Shown here piece after piece: positions 27,001-35,396 of a DNA stretch of 64,000 bases. Below the pieces are notes generated by a model. That model saw nothing but the letters and a program-made list of their open reading frames with translations. It made no database searches and was not told the DNA's origin. The position numbers were made by a program, and so were the translations under genes. The stretch is from a bacterium. Its GTDB lineage: Bacteria > UBA10199 > 2-02-FULL-50-16 > JAJFLM01. Location: the NCBI GenBank assembly GCA_965216315.1, contig CBDCFN010000016.1, positions 1,536,001 to 1,600,000 of the forward strand, given 5' to 3'. Positions within the stretch are counted from its first letter, which is position 1; every line of letters begins with the position of its first letter.

Positions 27001-27526
27001 GCGTTCCATCCCGCAGGATGAAGAATACTTAAAACGCTTCTTTGGCAAAGATATTGCTGAAGGTAAAATTGAATCTGTCTTCGACATCCGTGATGTCTGG
27101 CCCGAGAACTACAGTGCTAACAGCGCGCAAAAAGTCTGGTCCGTCAAATTTGCATCACGCCACCCCAATGTCGCGATCTTGGACCTATCCAGCTTTAAGT
27201 GCGGTCATGATGCGCCTACTTATGGCATCCATGACAAGATTGTTTCAACGAGCAACACTCCCTACTCCGCCCTGCATGATATTGATGCCAACAAACCGGG
27301 AGGCTCAATCAAAATCCGCGTCAAGACCTACACCCATTCGCTTTCGTTGCGTGAAGAGGTCCTCGATGACCTCACCAAGAAAAAACAGGAATTAGAGCGT
27401 CGGATTGCAGCCAAACGTTCAGAACTGCTTGGAAAGCAATCGTCTCCAACAACGACGGATGAAATCGTATTACCAATTTATCAAGCCGAAACCGAGGAGG
27501 AAAAATATGCAGCCTCAAACTTCTAG
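24011..27526 (+). CDS. Acyl-CoA dehydratase activase (two BadF/BadG/BcrA/BcrD ATPase domains + DUF2229-like domain)
   Basis: GVDVGSTT, ELGGQDAK, NDKCASGTG, GLDGGSTS, DIGGQDIK, CSAGNG, CHFCPNNC, FKCGHD. Confidence 0.9.
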   Translation: MAQKLMIGVDVGSTTVKATVVDPETLDILWSDYQRHETKQPEKVLEFLVRIGNEFNDVAQEDIRLFLTGSGSAPLCEPLGGKFVQEVNSVTLAVEKLHPDVGSVVELGGQDAKIIIFKENQETGEKQAITSMNDKCASGTGATIDKCMIKAGVDNDFSSKLVFNGDKLHHVAAKCGVFAETDIVNLVKSGIPSDEILNSLADAIVMQNLSVLTRGNTLRHKVLLLGGPNCYLPFLQECWRKRIPETWNERNYDYPKDVPIEDIIIVPENAQYYAAYGAVLYGTYEPAEAGVYKGLNELKNFINFGRKAKLGEQAGKPLVANEAELEAFKEDYTIPQFKPQVIEAGSVVKGYVGLDGGSTSSKAVLVDEAGEIILKAYQLSKGNPIQDTKEILKQMKDYITDQGATLEVLGFGATGYAADVLESSLKSDVNIVETVAHMMSAVHFFGDVDVICDIGGQDIKVLFMKNGDIKNFKLSNQCSAGNGMLLQAMADQFGIKVQDYADVAFGADLAPKFSYGCAVFLDSDRVNFQKEGFSKEELLSGLAQVLPKNVWQYVVQIPRMAELGRRFVLQGGTQYNLAAVKAQVDYIKERVPGAEVLVHPHCGEAGAIGAAMETRRVVQRRGYSTFVGLDSGIDLKYISRNDESTVCHFCPNNCSRTFIDTETPDGDTARYISGFSCEKGTVESKEEMVKLSKKRNELKKEFPNLVDYEAKALYRTYTKDPMPEDGDVYEDIKVKRGFFGLGNVKRIPYTRTFQRSSEAAWEKRKDIRIAIPRVLNIWSTAPMWRAYFESLGIPSKNVVWSDYTSEEMWTEGGKYGSIDPCYPSKVAQAHIHNILFHKHSDEKPINYLFFPILTHVESFMDHVVDTACCPIVSGAPEVMKAAFTKENDFFAERNMTYFDPALTMNEPTLFKKQMFEAFQPLLDMTEDESDFAVDQGWKALRTVDKDLQTRGREILDWAEKEGKMTLLMVGRPYHLDPGLNHEVLDEFQVRGYPVLSMRSIPQDEEYLKRFFGKDIAEGKIESVFDIRDVWPENYSANSAQKVWSVKFASRHPNVAILDLSSFKCGHDAPTYGIHDKIVSTSNTPYSALHDIDANKPGGSIKIRVKTYTHSLSLREEVLDDLTKKKQELERRIAAKRSELLGKQSSPTTTDEIVLPIYQAETEEEKYAASNF

Positions 27527-29159
27527 CAAACTGAAAGCGCAGCTTCCAGTTTACAATAGTAAGGGGGAAGAAAACTCTCTCCCCCCTTACAACCCCTCAT
27601 CGAATGCTCAGATAGAAGAGAAACTTGCACAATTTGAGCATGAAACACGTAAGGAACTTGGTCTTGATCTCGCTATCGACAAGGAACAGTGGAACGACAC
27701 GATCAACCGCGATTTCTTCGCGGACCAGCGAGAACACACCACGATTCTTGTTTCCGGGCTGACCATGGCCCACGATAATTTTGTCCAAGCGGGACTTGCG
27801 GGACTGGGTTACAAAATCAAAGCGCTGGATTGCCCTGACAATGAGGCCCTCCAGTTCGGAAAAGAATACGGCAACCGCGGGCAATGCAATCCAACCTATT
27901 TCACTGTCGGTAATCTGGTCAAATACCTATGTCAGTTACGTGATCAAGGGATGACCGAAAAAGAAATCATTGACTCACACGTTTTTCTTACCGCGGGCGC
28001 CTGTGGCCCGTGTCGCTTCGGCATGTATGTCACGGAATACCGCAAGGCCCTCAATGATGCCGGGTTTGAAGGTTTCCGCGTTATGCTCTTTGATGCCAAT
28101 GGAGGCATGTCGCAGGCAACCGGCCGTGAAGTTGGTCTCAAAATGGACCGCGCGTTCTTCCTGACCTTGGCCAAAGCCATCATTACAGGAGATGCCCTCA
28201 ACGCCATTATGTATCGCATTCGCCCCTACGAAGTTGTTGAAGGCAGCACTGATGAAGCGATTGAAGATTGCCGCGCCTATATTATGACGGCTCTCAAAGA
28301 GAAAAAATCACTTCTAAGAGCGCTCTGGCGCTGCCGCAAACGCTTACAACAAATTGAAGTCGATCGAACGATGGTAAAGCCTAAAGTCAGTATTATTGGT
28401 GAATTCTGGGCCATGACAACGGAAGGTGAAGGCAACTATCGTCTCCAACGTTTCTTGGAACAAGAAGGAGCCGAGGTCGATATCCAACTCATCGTCGGTT
28501 GGATCCTCTACAACCTGTGGCAAGCGCGCGTCGACACACGTCAACGCATGCGGCTCCGCCATGCCGACATGGACGCTCGCAAGGGACTCAAAACAACACA
28601 AGTCGCCAAAAAATTCCTGCTCTTGAATGTAGCGGAATGGGTCCTCAAAGGAACGTTTTACACTATCGGTAAGATCCTTGGGCTCAAGAACTATCATTTG
28701 CCCAACATGGAAGAAAATGCAGAGCTTGCCTCTGAGCACTACAATAATGAACTGCGCGGCGGTGAGGGCCACATGGAAGTCGGCAAACTTATCCAAACGG
28801 TCATCCATGACAAGGCCCACATGGTTATCTCCGTGAAACCATTTGGGTGCATGCCCTCTTCCGGCGTCTCGGACGGCGTCCAAAGCATCATTACGGAAAG
28901 GTATCCGGAGGCCATCTTCCTCCCGATCGAAACTTCGGGTGATGGCGCAGTAAACGTTTACAGTCGGATTCAGATGATGCTCTTTAAAGCGAAACGAGCT
29001 GCAGAATTGGAATATGAAAACCTGCTCAAAAAGAAAGGGCTCACTCTTGAGAAAGTGAAGGCGAAGATTGCGCGCAGTCGCCGCTTGAGTAAAACGACTC
29101 ACTACGCACCCCATAAGGCAGCGGGTACCGCCGCTAACTTCCTGCACGAAGCGGCCTAA
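27507..29159 (+). CDS. 2-hydroxyacyl-CoA dehydratase-like partner protein
   Basis: GQCNPTYF, GACGPCRFGMY, GGEGHMEVG, KPFGCMPS; SD GAGGAGG before ATG 27507. Confidence 0.85.
   Translation: MQPQTSSKLKAQLPVYNSKGEENSLPPYNPSSNAQIEEKLAQFEHETRKELGLDLAIDKEQWNDTINRDFFADQREHTTILVSGLTMAHDNFVQAGLAGLGYKIKALDCPDNEALQFGKEYGNRGQCNPTYFTVGNLVKYLCQLRDQGMTEKEIIDSHVFLTAGACGPCRFGMYVTEYRKALNDAGFEGFRVMLFDANGGMSQATGREVGLKMDRAFFLTLAKAIITGDALNAIMYRIRPYEVVEGSTDEAIEDCRAYIMTALKEKKSLLRALWRCRKRLQQIEVDRTMVKPKVSIIGEFWAMTTEGEGNYRLQRFLEQEGAEVDIQLIVGWILYNLWQARVDTRQRMRLRHADMDARKGLKTTQVAKKFLLLNVAEWVLKGTFYTIGKILGLKNYHLPNMEENAELASEHYNNELRGGEGHMEVGKLIQTVIHDKAHMVISVKPFGCMPSSGVSDGVQSIITERYPEAIFLPIETSGDGAVNVYSRIQMMLFKAKRAAELEYENLLKKKGLTLEKVKAKIARSRRLSKTTHYAPHKAAGTAANFLHEAA
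27560..27602. repeat. REP-like hairpin element, intragenic in-frame copy
   Basis: TAAGGGGGAAGAAAACTCTCTCCCCCCTTACAACCCCTCATCG encodes KGEENSLPPYNPSS. Confidence 0.7.
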
Positions 29160-29248
29160 ATCCCCCTTAGTCCCCCTTTACAAAGGGGGAGATAGCGGTA
29201 TCCACTTGGTGTCCCTCCCTTTTGCAAAGGGAGGCCAGGAGGGATTTA
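29157..29248. repeat. Inverted doublet of REP-like elements
   Basis: TAAATCCCCCTTAGTCCCCCTTTACAAAGGGGGAG, and on the minus strand TAAATCCCTCCTGGCCTCCCTTTGCAAAAGGGAGGG. Confidence 0.75.
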
Positions 29249-29315
29249 AGCTGCAGCTATAATCCTTTATTTTTCAGTGGGTTAGCCCACCCATTTTAGA
29301 GCAACCGCTCTAAGC

Positions 29316-29342
29316 GCAACTTTTCAGCTCAACGGACGAATA
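29316..29342 (+). promoter_or_regulatory. Putative sigma28-like promoter, copy 7
   Basis: GCAAC-ttttcagctcaacg-GACGAATA upstream of the hybrid kinase. Confidence 0.6.
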
Positions 29343-29433
29343 CCCTAACCCCCGGTGTTTCTTGGGTTTTGGCGGGGTATTGGTGAGGTTTTGGTCGGCC
29401 TCGATTCGCAGTCGTGTTTGGGTATTTACTGAT

Positions 29434-31680
29434 ATGATCATCCAATCTGGCGCCTTACAGCAACTTATCCTTGGCTTGAATATTGCCACAGCACAGCACC
29501 GTAGCGGCGTCGACACCCTGTCCGTTTTTCAGGATTTCCAACCCGGCATTGCCCAGTTGCAAGGTGCTGCTGACGAGGTGGAACCGGGACTGGCCCCCCT
29601 CATCGAACCATTCACCTCGCTGAGCGATGATGCAACTCCAGAGAGCGTCTCGGCTGCCTTCTATGAAGCCTCGGTACAGTTATTGAAGATAACGGGAGAC
29701 AGCGACCGCAGCGGACTCTCCGTGCTCGCGGATGATATGCGCAAGGCCTGGAGGACGCCTAGACAACGCGTCATCGAAGTCTTCCGTAGCTTCCACGAAG
29801 AATCACCGGAACCCATGGGCGTGCTGGAGTGGCATGAGGATGGCAGCGCCGAACTCGTCACCCTCAATCGCATCAATCGCGCATTTCAAGGTCTGGACGA
29901 AAAAGAAATCGCCGGCGTCAGTGTATTTCGCTTCTTTCATCCTGAAACCGAACCCCTCGTGCGCGCATTCATTCAAGACATCGGCATCAAAGGCAATGCC
30001 TTTGCGGCGGGTGTACGGATGCGTCGTCATAGTGGTGAAGAGATCCTCGTCGACATGCGGGCCACCCGCATCGGTAGTTCCCGATACGCCCATTTTTCCG
30101 TCGTTAATGAGACCCCCCGCGAAAAGGCCATGAGCCTCAATCAAATTGTAGAAGCGGCGCTCAGCAGAACGGATGATGCCATTGTCTTATTTAAATTCTA
30201 TGCTAATGGGCGCCCGGAGGGAATCCTCACCAGCGCGGGATTTAGTCGCATGCTCGGCTACAATAATGCCGAAATGGAAGACGCCGGGGTTAAAGTGCTC
30301 GAAGCGATACCTGAGAGCGCCCATGCAGCGTTAGGCAGGCACCTGCAGCGCTTTAATGAAACGGGGACTTTCGACTGGCAAGAGGCCCCACTTGTAAAGC
30401 GCGACGGAGAACAAATCTCTGTTGACATCTATGCGAAGGCTGTCGAGGTCAAGGGAACTAAATATGCATTCGGATTTTTCAGGGATGCTAAGGAAAGACT
30501 CGATAGTGAGCGCGCCGCTGTCGAGGCCCAGCAACTCGAGCTCTTTCACAAGCTCGCCGGCCGATTGGCACATGACATCAACAACAACCTCACAATCGTA
30601 CTCGCGGGCGTCACACTGGATGAGAATCAAAACGACCCTGAATTACGTGAAACCATGTCTCAAATGATTCTGATGTCCTCAAAATCACTGACGAGTTTTC
30701 GCCGCCTGACGGACAGCCATGCCCAGGATGAACCGGTTAATATAAATGAACAGCAATCAGCATGGGTGATACGGTTGGCAACGGGACAACTGAGCAGTGA
30801 TGTTGACATTCAATTTGACCTTGAACCTGAACCATGGCTCGTCGCCGGCCCGGACAATTCCTTCCAACAAATCCAACTCAACATCATTAAAAACGCGATG
30901 GAAGCGATGGCCGAATCTCCGATAAAAAAGTTGAGGATCAGTACGGAAAAAATACGCATCCAAAGCGAGGAAGTCTTGCGACGCCTTGATCCCACCCGAT
31001 CATTTCCCAAGGCTGCACCCGGCGATTATATGAAACTATCGATCACGGACACCGGCTCCGGTATTCCTCCGGACTTCCTACCGGAAATTTTCAAGGATTT
31101 TACTTCCAGTAAAAGCGGTGATGATGCCAACCGGGGACGTGGCCTCGCCGCCTCTCACCGTGCCGTCAAAGCACGGGGAGGGCTGATCAGCGTCCGATCG
31201 ACACCAGGGAAAGGCACGCGTTTTGATGTCTACTTACCCCGTGTATGGGACGAAGATAAAGCATCAACTACAGCCGTTTTTCTCCCTAATCATCTATACA
31301 GCCCCGGCAATGAGGTCATCCTCGTTGCCGATGACGATGAGGACATTCAAAATCAATATAAGCGCATCTTGAAATTCTATAAATACTCTGAGGCCATCTA
31401 CGTCTCCAGCACGGACGACGTACTGGAACAAGTCCGGACTCGGCCCGATATCACCGCCGTCATTATGGACTGGCGCATGCCCGGCATTACCGCCGACGAC
31501 CTCATTTCTGAACTCGCTGCGGTCAATCCGCAGCTTCCCATTCTCGTTAACACAGGCCTTATTCCCGATGATGCCGACATCCGCTATCCTCACCTGAAGT
31601 TTATCACGAAGCCCGTCACCGGCAGCGCTGTCTCCACCGCCCTCCGTGAGATCATCGATAAGGATAAAAAATTAGGCTAA
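29434..31680 (+). CDS. Cytoplasmic hybrid histidine kinase (PAS-PAS-HisKA-HATPase-REC)
   Basis: LAHDINNNL, NIIKNAMEAM, ITDTGSGI, GRGLA, VADDDE...IMDWRMPG...KP; start uncertain (ATG 29434 preferred over TTG 29362). Confidence 0.9.
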   Translation: MIIQSGALQQLILGLNIATAQHRSGVDTLSVFQDFQPGIAQLQGAADEVEPGLAPLIEPFTSLSDDATPESVSAAFYEASVQLLKITGDSDRSGLSVLADDMRKAWRTPRQRVIEVFRSFHEESPEPMGVLEWHEDGSAELVTLNRINRAFQGLDEKEIAGVSVFRFFHPETEPLVRAFIQDIGIKGNAFAAGVRMRRHSGEEILVDMRATRIGSSRYAHFSVVNETPREKAMSLNQIVEAALSRTDDAIVLFKFYANGRPEGILTSAGFSRMLGYNNAEMEDAGVKVLEAIPESAHAALGRHLQRFNETGTFDWQEAPLVKRDGEQISVDIYAKAVEVKGTKYAFGFFRDAKERLDSERAAVEAQQLELFHKLAGRLAHDINNNLTIVLAGVTLDENQNDPELRETMSQMILMSSKSLTSFRRLTDSHAQDEPVNINEQQSAWVIRLATGQLSSDVDIQFDLEPEPWLVAGPDNSFQQIQLNIIKNAMEAMAESPIKKLRISTEKIRIQSEEVLRRLDPTRSFPKAAPGDYMKLSITDTGSGIPPDFLPEIFKDFTSSKSGDDANRGRGLAASHRAVKARGGLISVRSTPGKGTRFDVYLPRVWDEDKASTTAVFLPNHLYSPGNEVILVADDDEDIQNQYKRILKFYKYSEAIYVSSTDDVLEQVRTRPDITAVIMDWRMPGITADDLISELAAVNPQLPILVNTGLIPDDADIRYPHLKFITKPVTGSAVSTALREIIDKDKKLG

Positions 31681-31858
31681 GCCTGATAGTTGGGATAAGT
31701 ATTTAGACACGGCTATAACAAGTTGCGTCATCTAATTGATATCACCGTCTTTTCTCTTTTTGTTCGCCTCAAAATTGCGTATAATGCTCCCACGCTGAAA
31801 GTTATGATTTGCATCATGTTGAAGCGACATGTCGTTAGAGCTGCAGCGTGAGGGAGTG

Positions 31859-32635
31859 ATGGAAGAGTTATCGATAGCGGAAAATTTTCAACGGTATTTT
31901 ACCGTTGTGCTTGCCAATAGTGACGAGCTGAGAAACGCGGCCTATCAGCTTCGCTATCGCGTCTACTGTGAAGAATTTGGCTTTGAGCAGGCTGAAAAAT
32001 ATCCGCTTAAATTAGAGCGGGATGAGTTTGACGACTATGCCTATCATGGGCTGATCGTGCACAAACCCACCAATCAAATCGCCTCATGCCTGCGCTTAGT
32101 TCCGGCATCCGAATCACGGGGACTTCCGTTCGAGAAATACTGTCAGCCGAGTTATGATCCGGAATTGCTTACGGCAATGGGCTTAGAACGTTCAAGCATG
32201 TGCGAAGTCAGCCGTCTCGTCGTCGACAAGGGATTCCGGCGCCGTAAAGGTGAAGCGGACTCTCCGCTCGGACAAACTACAGTATTTGACCTCTCATTGA
32301 AAGGCAGACGTAACCTCCAACTCCTCGCCGTCTCAGCCCTCTTCGGAGCCATTGCCTTGACTGAATTGACCAAGCGGCGCAATATTTTCGCAATGATGGA
32401 ACCTGTTCTCCACAAACTTCTCAATAAAGCCGGAATGCCCCTTTTTAAGGCCGGCAAAGACATCAACTATCACGGCATGCGCGCGCTCTACTACACCCGT
32501 ACCGAGAACACGCTCGTTAACATGACACCGGAGTTCCGCGAACTCTACGAAGTCATCTATTCCTCATTGCTTCCAAATTTTATTGGAGCGCATTCCAACG
32601 ATGCATCGCATGCTTTCAAAGCAAACCGCATTTAA
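31859..32635 (+). CDS. N-acyl amino acid synthase-like acyltransferase (exosortase-associated acyltransferase family)
   Basis: AYQLRYRVYCEEFGFE, ERDEFD, LPFEKYC, CEVSRL..FRRR.GE, FAMMEP, YHGMR. Confidence 0.8.
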   Translation: MEELSIAENFQRYFTVVLANSDELRNAAYQLRYRVYCEEFGFEQAEKYPLKLERDEFDDYAYHGLIVHKPTNQIASCLRLVPASESRGLPFEKYCQPSYDPELLTAMGLERSSMCEVSRLVVDKGFRRRKGEADSPLGQTTVFDLSLKGRRNLQLLAVSALFGAIALTELTKRRNIFAMMEPVLHKLLNKAGMPLFKAGKDINYHGMRALYYTRTENTLVNMTPEFRELYEVIYSSLLPNFIGAHSNDASHAFKANRI

Positions 32636-34592
32636 CTATCAAGCTGCATTCACTCGTAACCTTGGCTGGGTCACGGAATGGGAGCAAGCTCGACTCCGTT
32701 CTAAGCGCATCGCTATCGCGGGGATGGGGGGTGTTGGCGGAAGCCATTTATTAACTCTCACCCGCGCCGGCATTGGCGCCTTTAATATCGCTGACTTCGA
32801 TACCTTTGAGCAGGCTAACTTTAATCGACAGGCAGGCGCCTCCCTGAGTCATATCGGACAGGCTAAAGTCGACGTCATGGCAGGAATGGCTCTTGATATT
32901 AATCCGGAGCTCGACATTAAAAAGTTCCCTGATGGAATAAATGAAAACAATATGGAAGCCTTTCTAGAAGGTGTCGATCTTTTCATCGACGGCCTTGATT
33001 TTTTCGCCCTCGAGGCACGCCAACAAATATTTGCCCTCTGTGCCACAAAAAAGATCCCAGCGATTACGGCCGCGCCTCTGGGAATGGGGGCTGCTCTGCT
33101 TAATTTTCTCCCGAATCACATGACATTCGAAGAATATTTTCGTCTGGCGAGGCAATCTGAACCTGAACAGATCATCCGTTTCGTCATGGGCCTTTCTCCG
33201 GCCCTGCTCCAGATGCCTTATTTAGCGGATGATACGCGCGTTGATTTTAAGCAGCGTAAAGTTCCCTCCACACCCATGTCCTGCGAGCTGTGTGCCGGCA
33301 TCGCCGCCACGGAGGCCCTCAAAATCTTACTCCAGAGAGGCGAAGTAAAGTGTGCTCCCCATGGCTTTCATTTTGATGCCTATCGCAATGAACTGGTCAG
33401 CACTTGGAGACCGTGGGGCAATAGGAACCCGCTCCAAAAGTTGGGACTCACCATCCTACGCCGACGTTTTACAAAAGAAATGAGCGCGGCTGTCATCCAT
33501 GAGAGCACGGATGTTCCGGCTGCAACCGCTATTGATAGAATACTTGATTTGGCTCGCTGGGCCCCAAGTGGAGATAATCTCCAGCCTTGGCGCTTCTCAA
33601 TTGAGAACGAGAACCATTTTTCGATTACGAGTCAACAAAATGGAAATCTTAACGTCTATGACCTCAACGGATGGGCCAATCAGCTTTCACTGGGAACGCT
33701 GCTCGAAAATATCGCGATCGCCGCTTCCGCGGAAGGACTCCAGGCAACTTTCAAGGCTCAAGCAATCAAGGCACCTGGTGATCTTAAGGTGGACGTTACA
33801 CTGGCTTCAACTCAAACCGGTAAACCCAACCCCCTCCTCCCCTTTATTAAGGCGCGCTCGACTCAACGTCGCAAGTTGGAAACAATGCCGCTAAGCTCGC
33901 AACAACGCCAACGGCTCGAAGATGCTGTTCGTCCTAGCTTTCATATCCGTTGGTTTGAGTCTTTCGGAGATAAATGGCGACTCGGTCGACTCATTTATCA
34001 AAACGCTCAGATCCGCTTGACGATTCCCGAGGCTTATTCCGTTCACAATGATATCATTGAGTGGAATGCCCGCTTCAGTCAGAATCGTATTCCGGATCAA
34101 TCGATTGGATTAGACCCGTTAACGCTGCGTTTAATGCGATCCGTCATGAAGAGCTGGCAACGCGTCCAGTTTACCAGTCATTTTATGGGAGGCACTATTT
34201 TAAGTCGGCTCCAGCTTGATTTGATCCCCGCGCTTAAATGCAGCGCACAATTCATTCTCATGGCCGATAAAGTTCCGGTATCGTTAGATGATTACTTAAT
34301 GGCGGGACGAGCGATCCAGCGTTTTTGGCTCACGGCTACCCAGTTAGGATTACAATTACAACCTCAGCTGGCGCCGCTTATGTTTGCCTCTTATGTCCGC
34401 ACTAATCTCCGGTTTACCCGCAAGAAGAGCGCCTTGGCCAAGGCCAAGCGGCTGGCACGGCGGCTAGATCGCATTGTAGGACCAGAAAATATCGAAAAAT
34501 CCCTTTTTATGGGGCGCGTCGGCTTTGGTCGCGAACCTAAAGCACGTTCCTTGCGTAAACCACTTGCACAACTTTACAACACGACTAACTGA
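32601..34592 (+). CDS. ThiF-family adenylyltransferase fused to a nitroreductase domain
   Basis: AFTRNLG, IAGMGGVG, DFDTFEQANFNRQ; then ARWAPSGDNLQPWRF, GRAIQRFWLTAT. Confidence 0.88.
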   Translation: MHRMLSKQTAFNYQAAFTRNLGWVTEWEQARLRSKRIAIAGMGGVGGSHLLTLTRAGIGAFNIADFDTFEQANFNRQAGASLSHIGQAKVDVMAGMALDINPELDIKKFPDGINENNMEAFLEGVDLFIDGLDFFALEARQQIFALCATKKIPAITAAPLGMGAALLNFLPNHMTFEEYFRLARQSEPEQIIRFVMGLSPALLQMPYLADDTRVDFKQRKVPSTPMSCELCAGIAATEALKILLQRGEVKCAPHGFHFDAYRNELVSTWRPWGNRNPLQKLGLTILRRRFTKEMSAAVIHESTDVPAATAIDRILDLARWAPSGDNLQPWRFSIENENHFSITSQQNGNLNVYDLNGWANQLSLGTLLENIAIAASAEGLQATFKAQAIKAPGDLKVDVTLASTQTGKPNPLLPFIKARSTQRRKLETMPLSSQQRQRLEDAVRPSFHIRWFESFGDKWRLGRLIYQNAQIRLTIPEAYSVHNDIIEWNARFSQNRIPDQSIGLDPLTLRLMRSVMKSWQRVQFTSHFMGGTILSRLQLDLIPALKCSAQFILMADKVPVSLDDYLMAGRAIQRFWLTATQLGLQLQPQLAPLMFASYVRTNLRFTRKKSALAKAKRLARRLDRIVGPENIEKSLFMGRVGFGREPKARSLRKPLAQLYNTTN

Positions 34593-34999
34593 TAGCCCTG
34601 CTTCACCCATTTAACCAAGCTTGGATGTCCTTGAAATTCGCCGGCGAGGGGAACAGGCCCTGCTTTGACCTGCTCATGAACTTTGAAGGCGCTGGCACAA
34701 TAATCGCAGATAATCTGCGTTGCACCTGCATCACTCAGTTTCTTGTAGGCGCCATGCAGCTTATTCGCCGGATCGCGCAATTCTTTCGCCCAGGTGGTTC
34801 CAGCGCCATCAAACACCAAAGCGACTTCATAACCCGCATCCATTAATTCCTGACTATAAAGCAAGGCATGCAAGGCGCGCGCCATTCCTTCGTGAGACTC
34901 TGTTCCCGCCTGGAGAATCACTAGAAATTTCGGAGCGGCGCTTTGCCCACACGCAGCCAGCGTCATCGCTAACACCAGACTGAGAATCATTTTTTTCAT
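34574..34999 (-). CDS. DsrE-family lipoprotein
   Basis: Lipobox LAAC, LVFDGAGT, CDYC, GHPS; SD AAGGAGG. Confidence 0.75.
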   Translation of the reverse strand: MKKMILSLVLAMTLAACGQSAAPKFLVILQAGTESHEGMARALHALLYSQELMDAGYEVALVFDGAGTTWAKELRDPANKLHGAYKKLSDAGATQIICDYCASAFKVHEQVKAGPVPLAGEFQGHPSLVKWVKQGYQLVVL

Positions 35000-35075
35000 C
35001 GCTTTAACCTCCTTTTAAGGCACCACCCTAGTAAGACAGCTATGCGTCCGTCCGTCAATATGATAAGAAGAGAGC

Positions 35076-35396
35076 ATGGGTAAAAAACCGAAGAAATTAC
35101 AAGCATTTACCGTCAATCGCAGCCCGGAGCAGGTCCTTGATATCCTGAAAACTCAGGCCGAAACACGGGGCTATCGTCTCGAAGCAAGCCCCAAGGCAGA
35201 AGAAGATCTTCTACTCAGCGATGATGTCACTGCAATGAGCTGGGGTTTCTATTATTTCATCTATCTGACCGAACTGGATAAGCATTCCACTCGGATCGAA
35301 GTCGGTATTAAGAGTAAATTATTTCAGATCGGCCCTGTCGTCACCCGGCATCTACGCCAATGTTGTGAAACGCTCGAGGGACTACTCAGACAATAG
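35076..35396 (+). CDS. Small hypothetical protein
   Basis: 106-aa ORF filling the gap between neighbours. Confidence 0.6.
   Translation: MGKKPKKLQAFTVNRSPEQVLDILKTQAETRGYRLEASPKAEEDLLLSDDVTAMSWGFYYFIYLTELDKHSTRIEVGIKSKLFQIGPVVTRHLRQCCETLEGLLRQ

Noticed and set aside
28344..29147. 267-aa antisense ORF, and similar shadows such as 26276-26815
   Set aside because: Fully antisense to well-supported genes, as expected from codon bias
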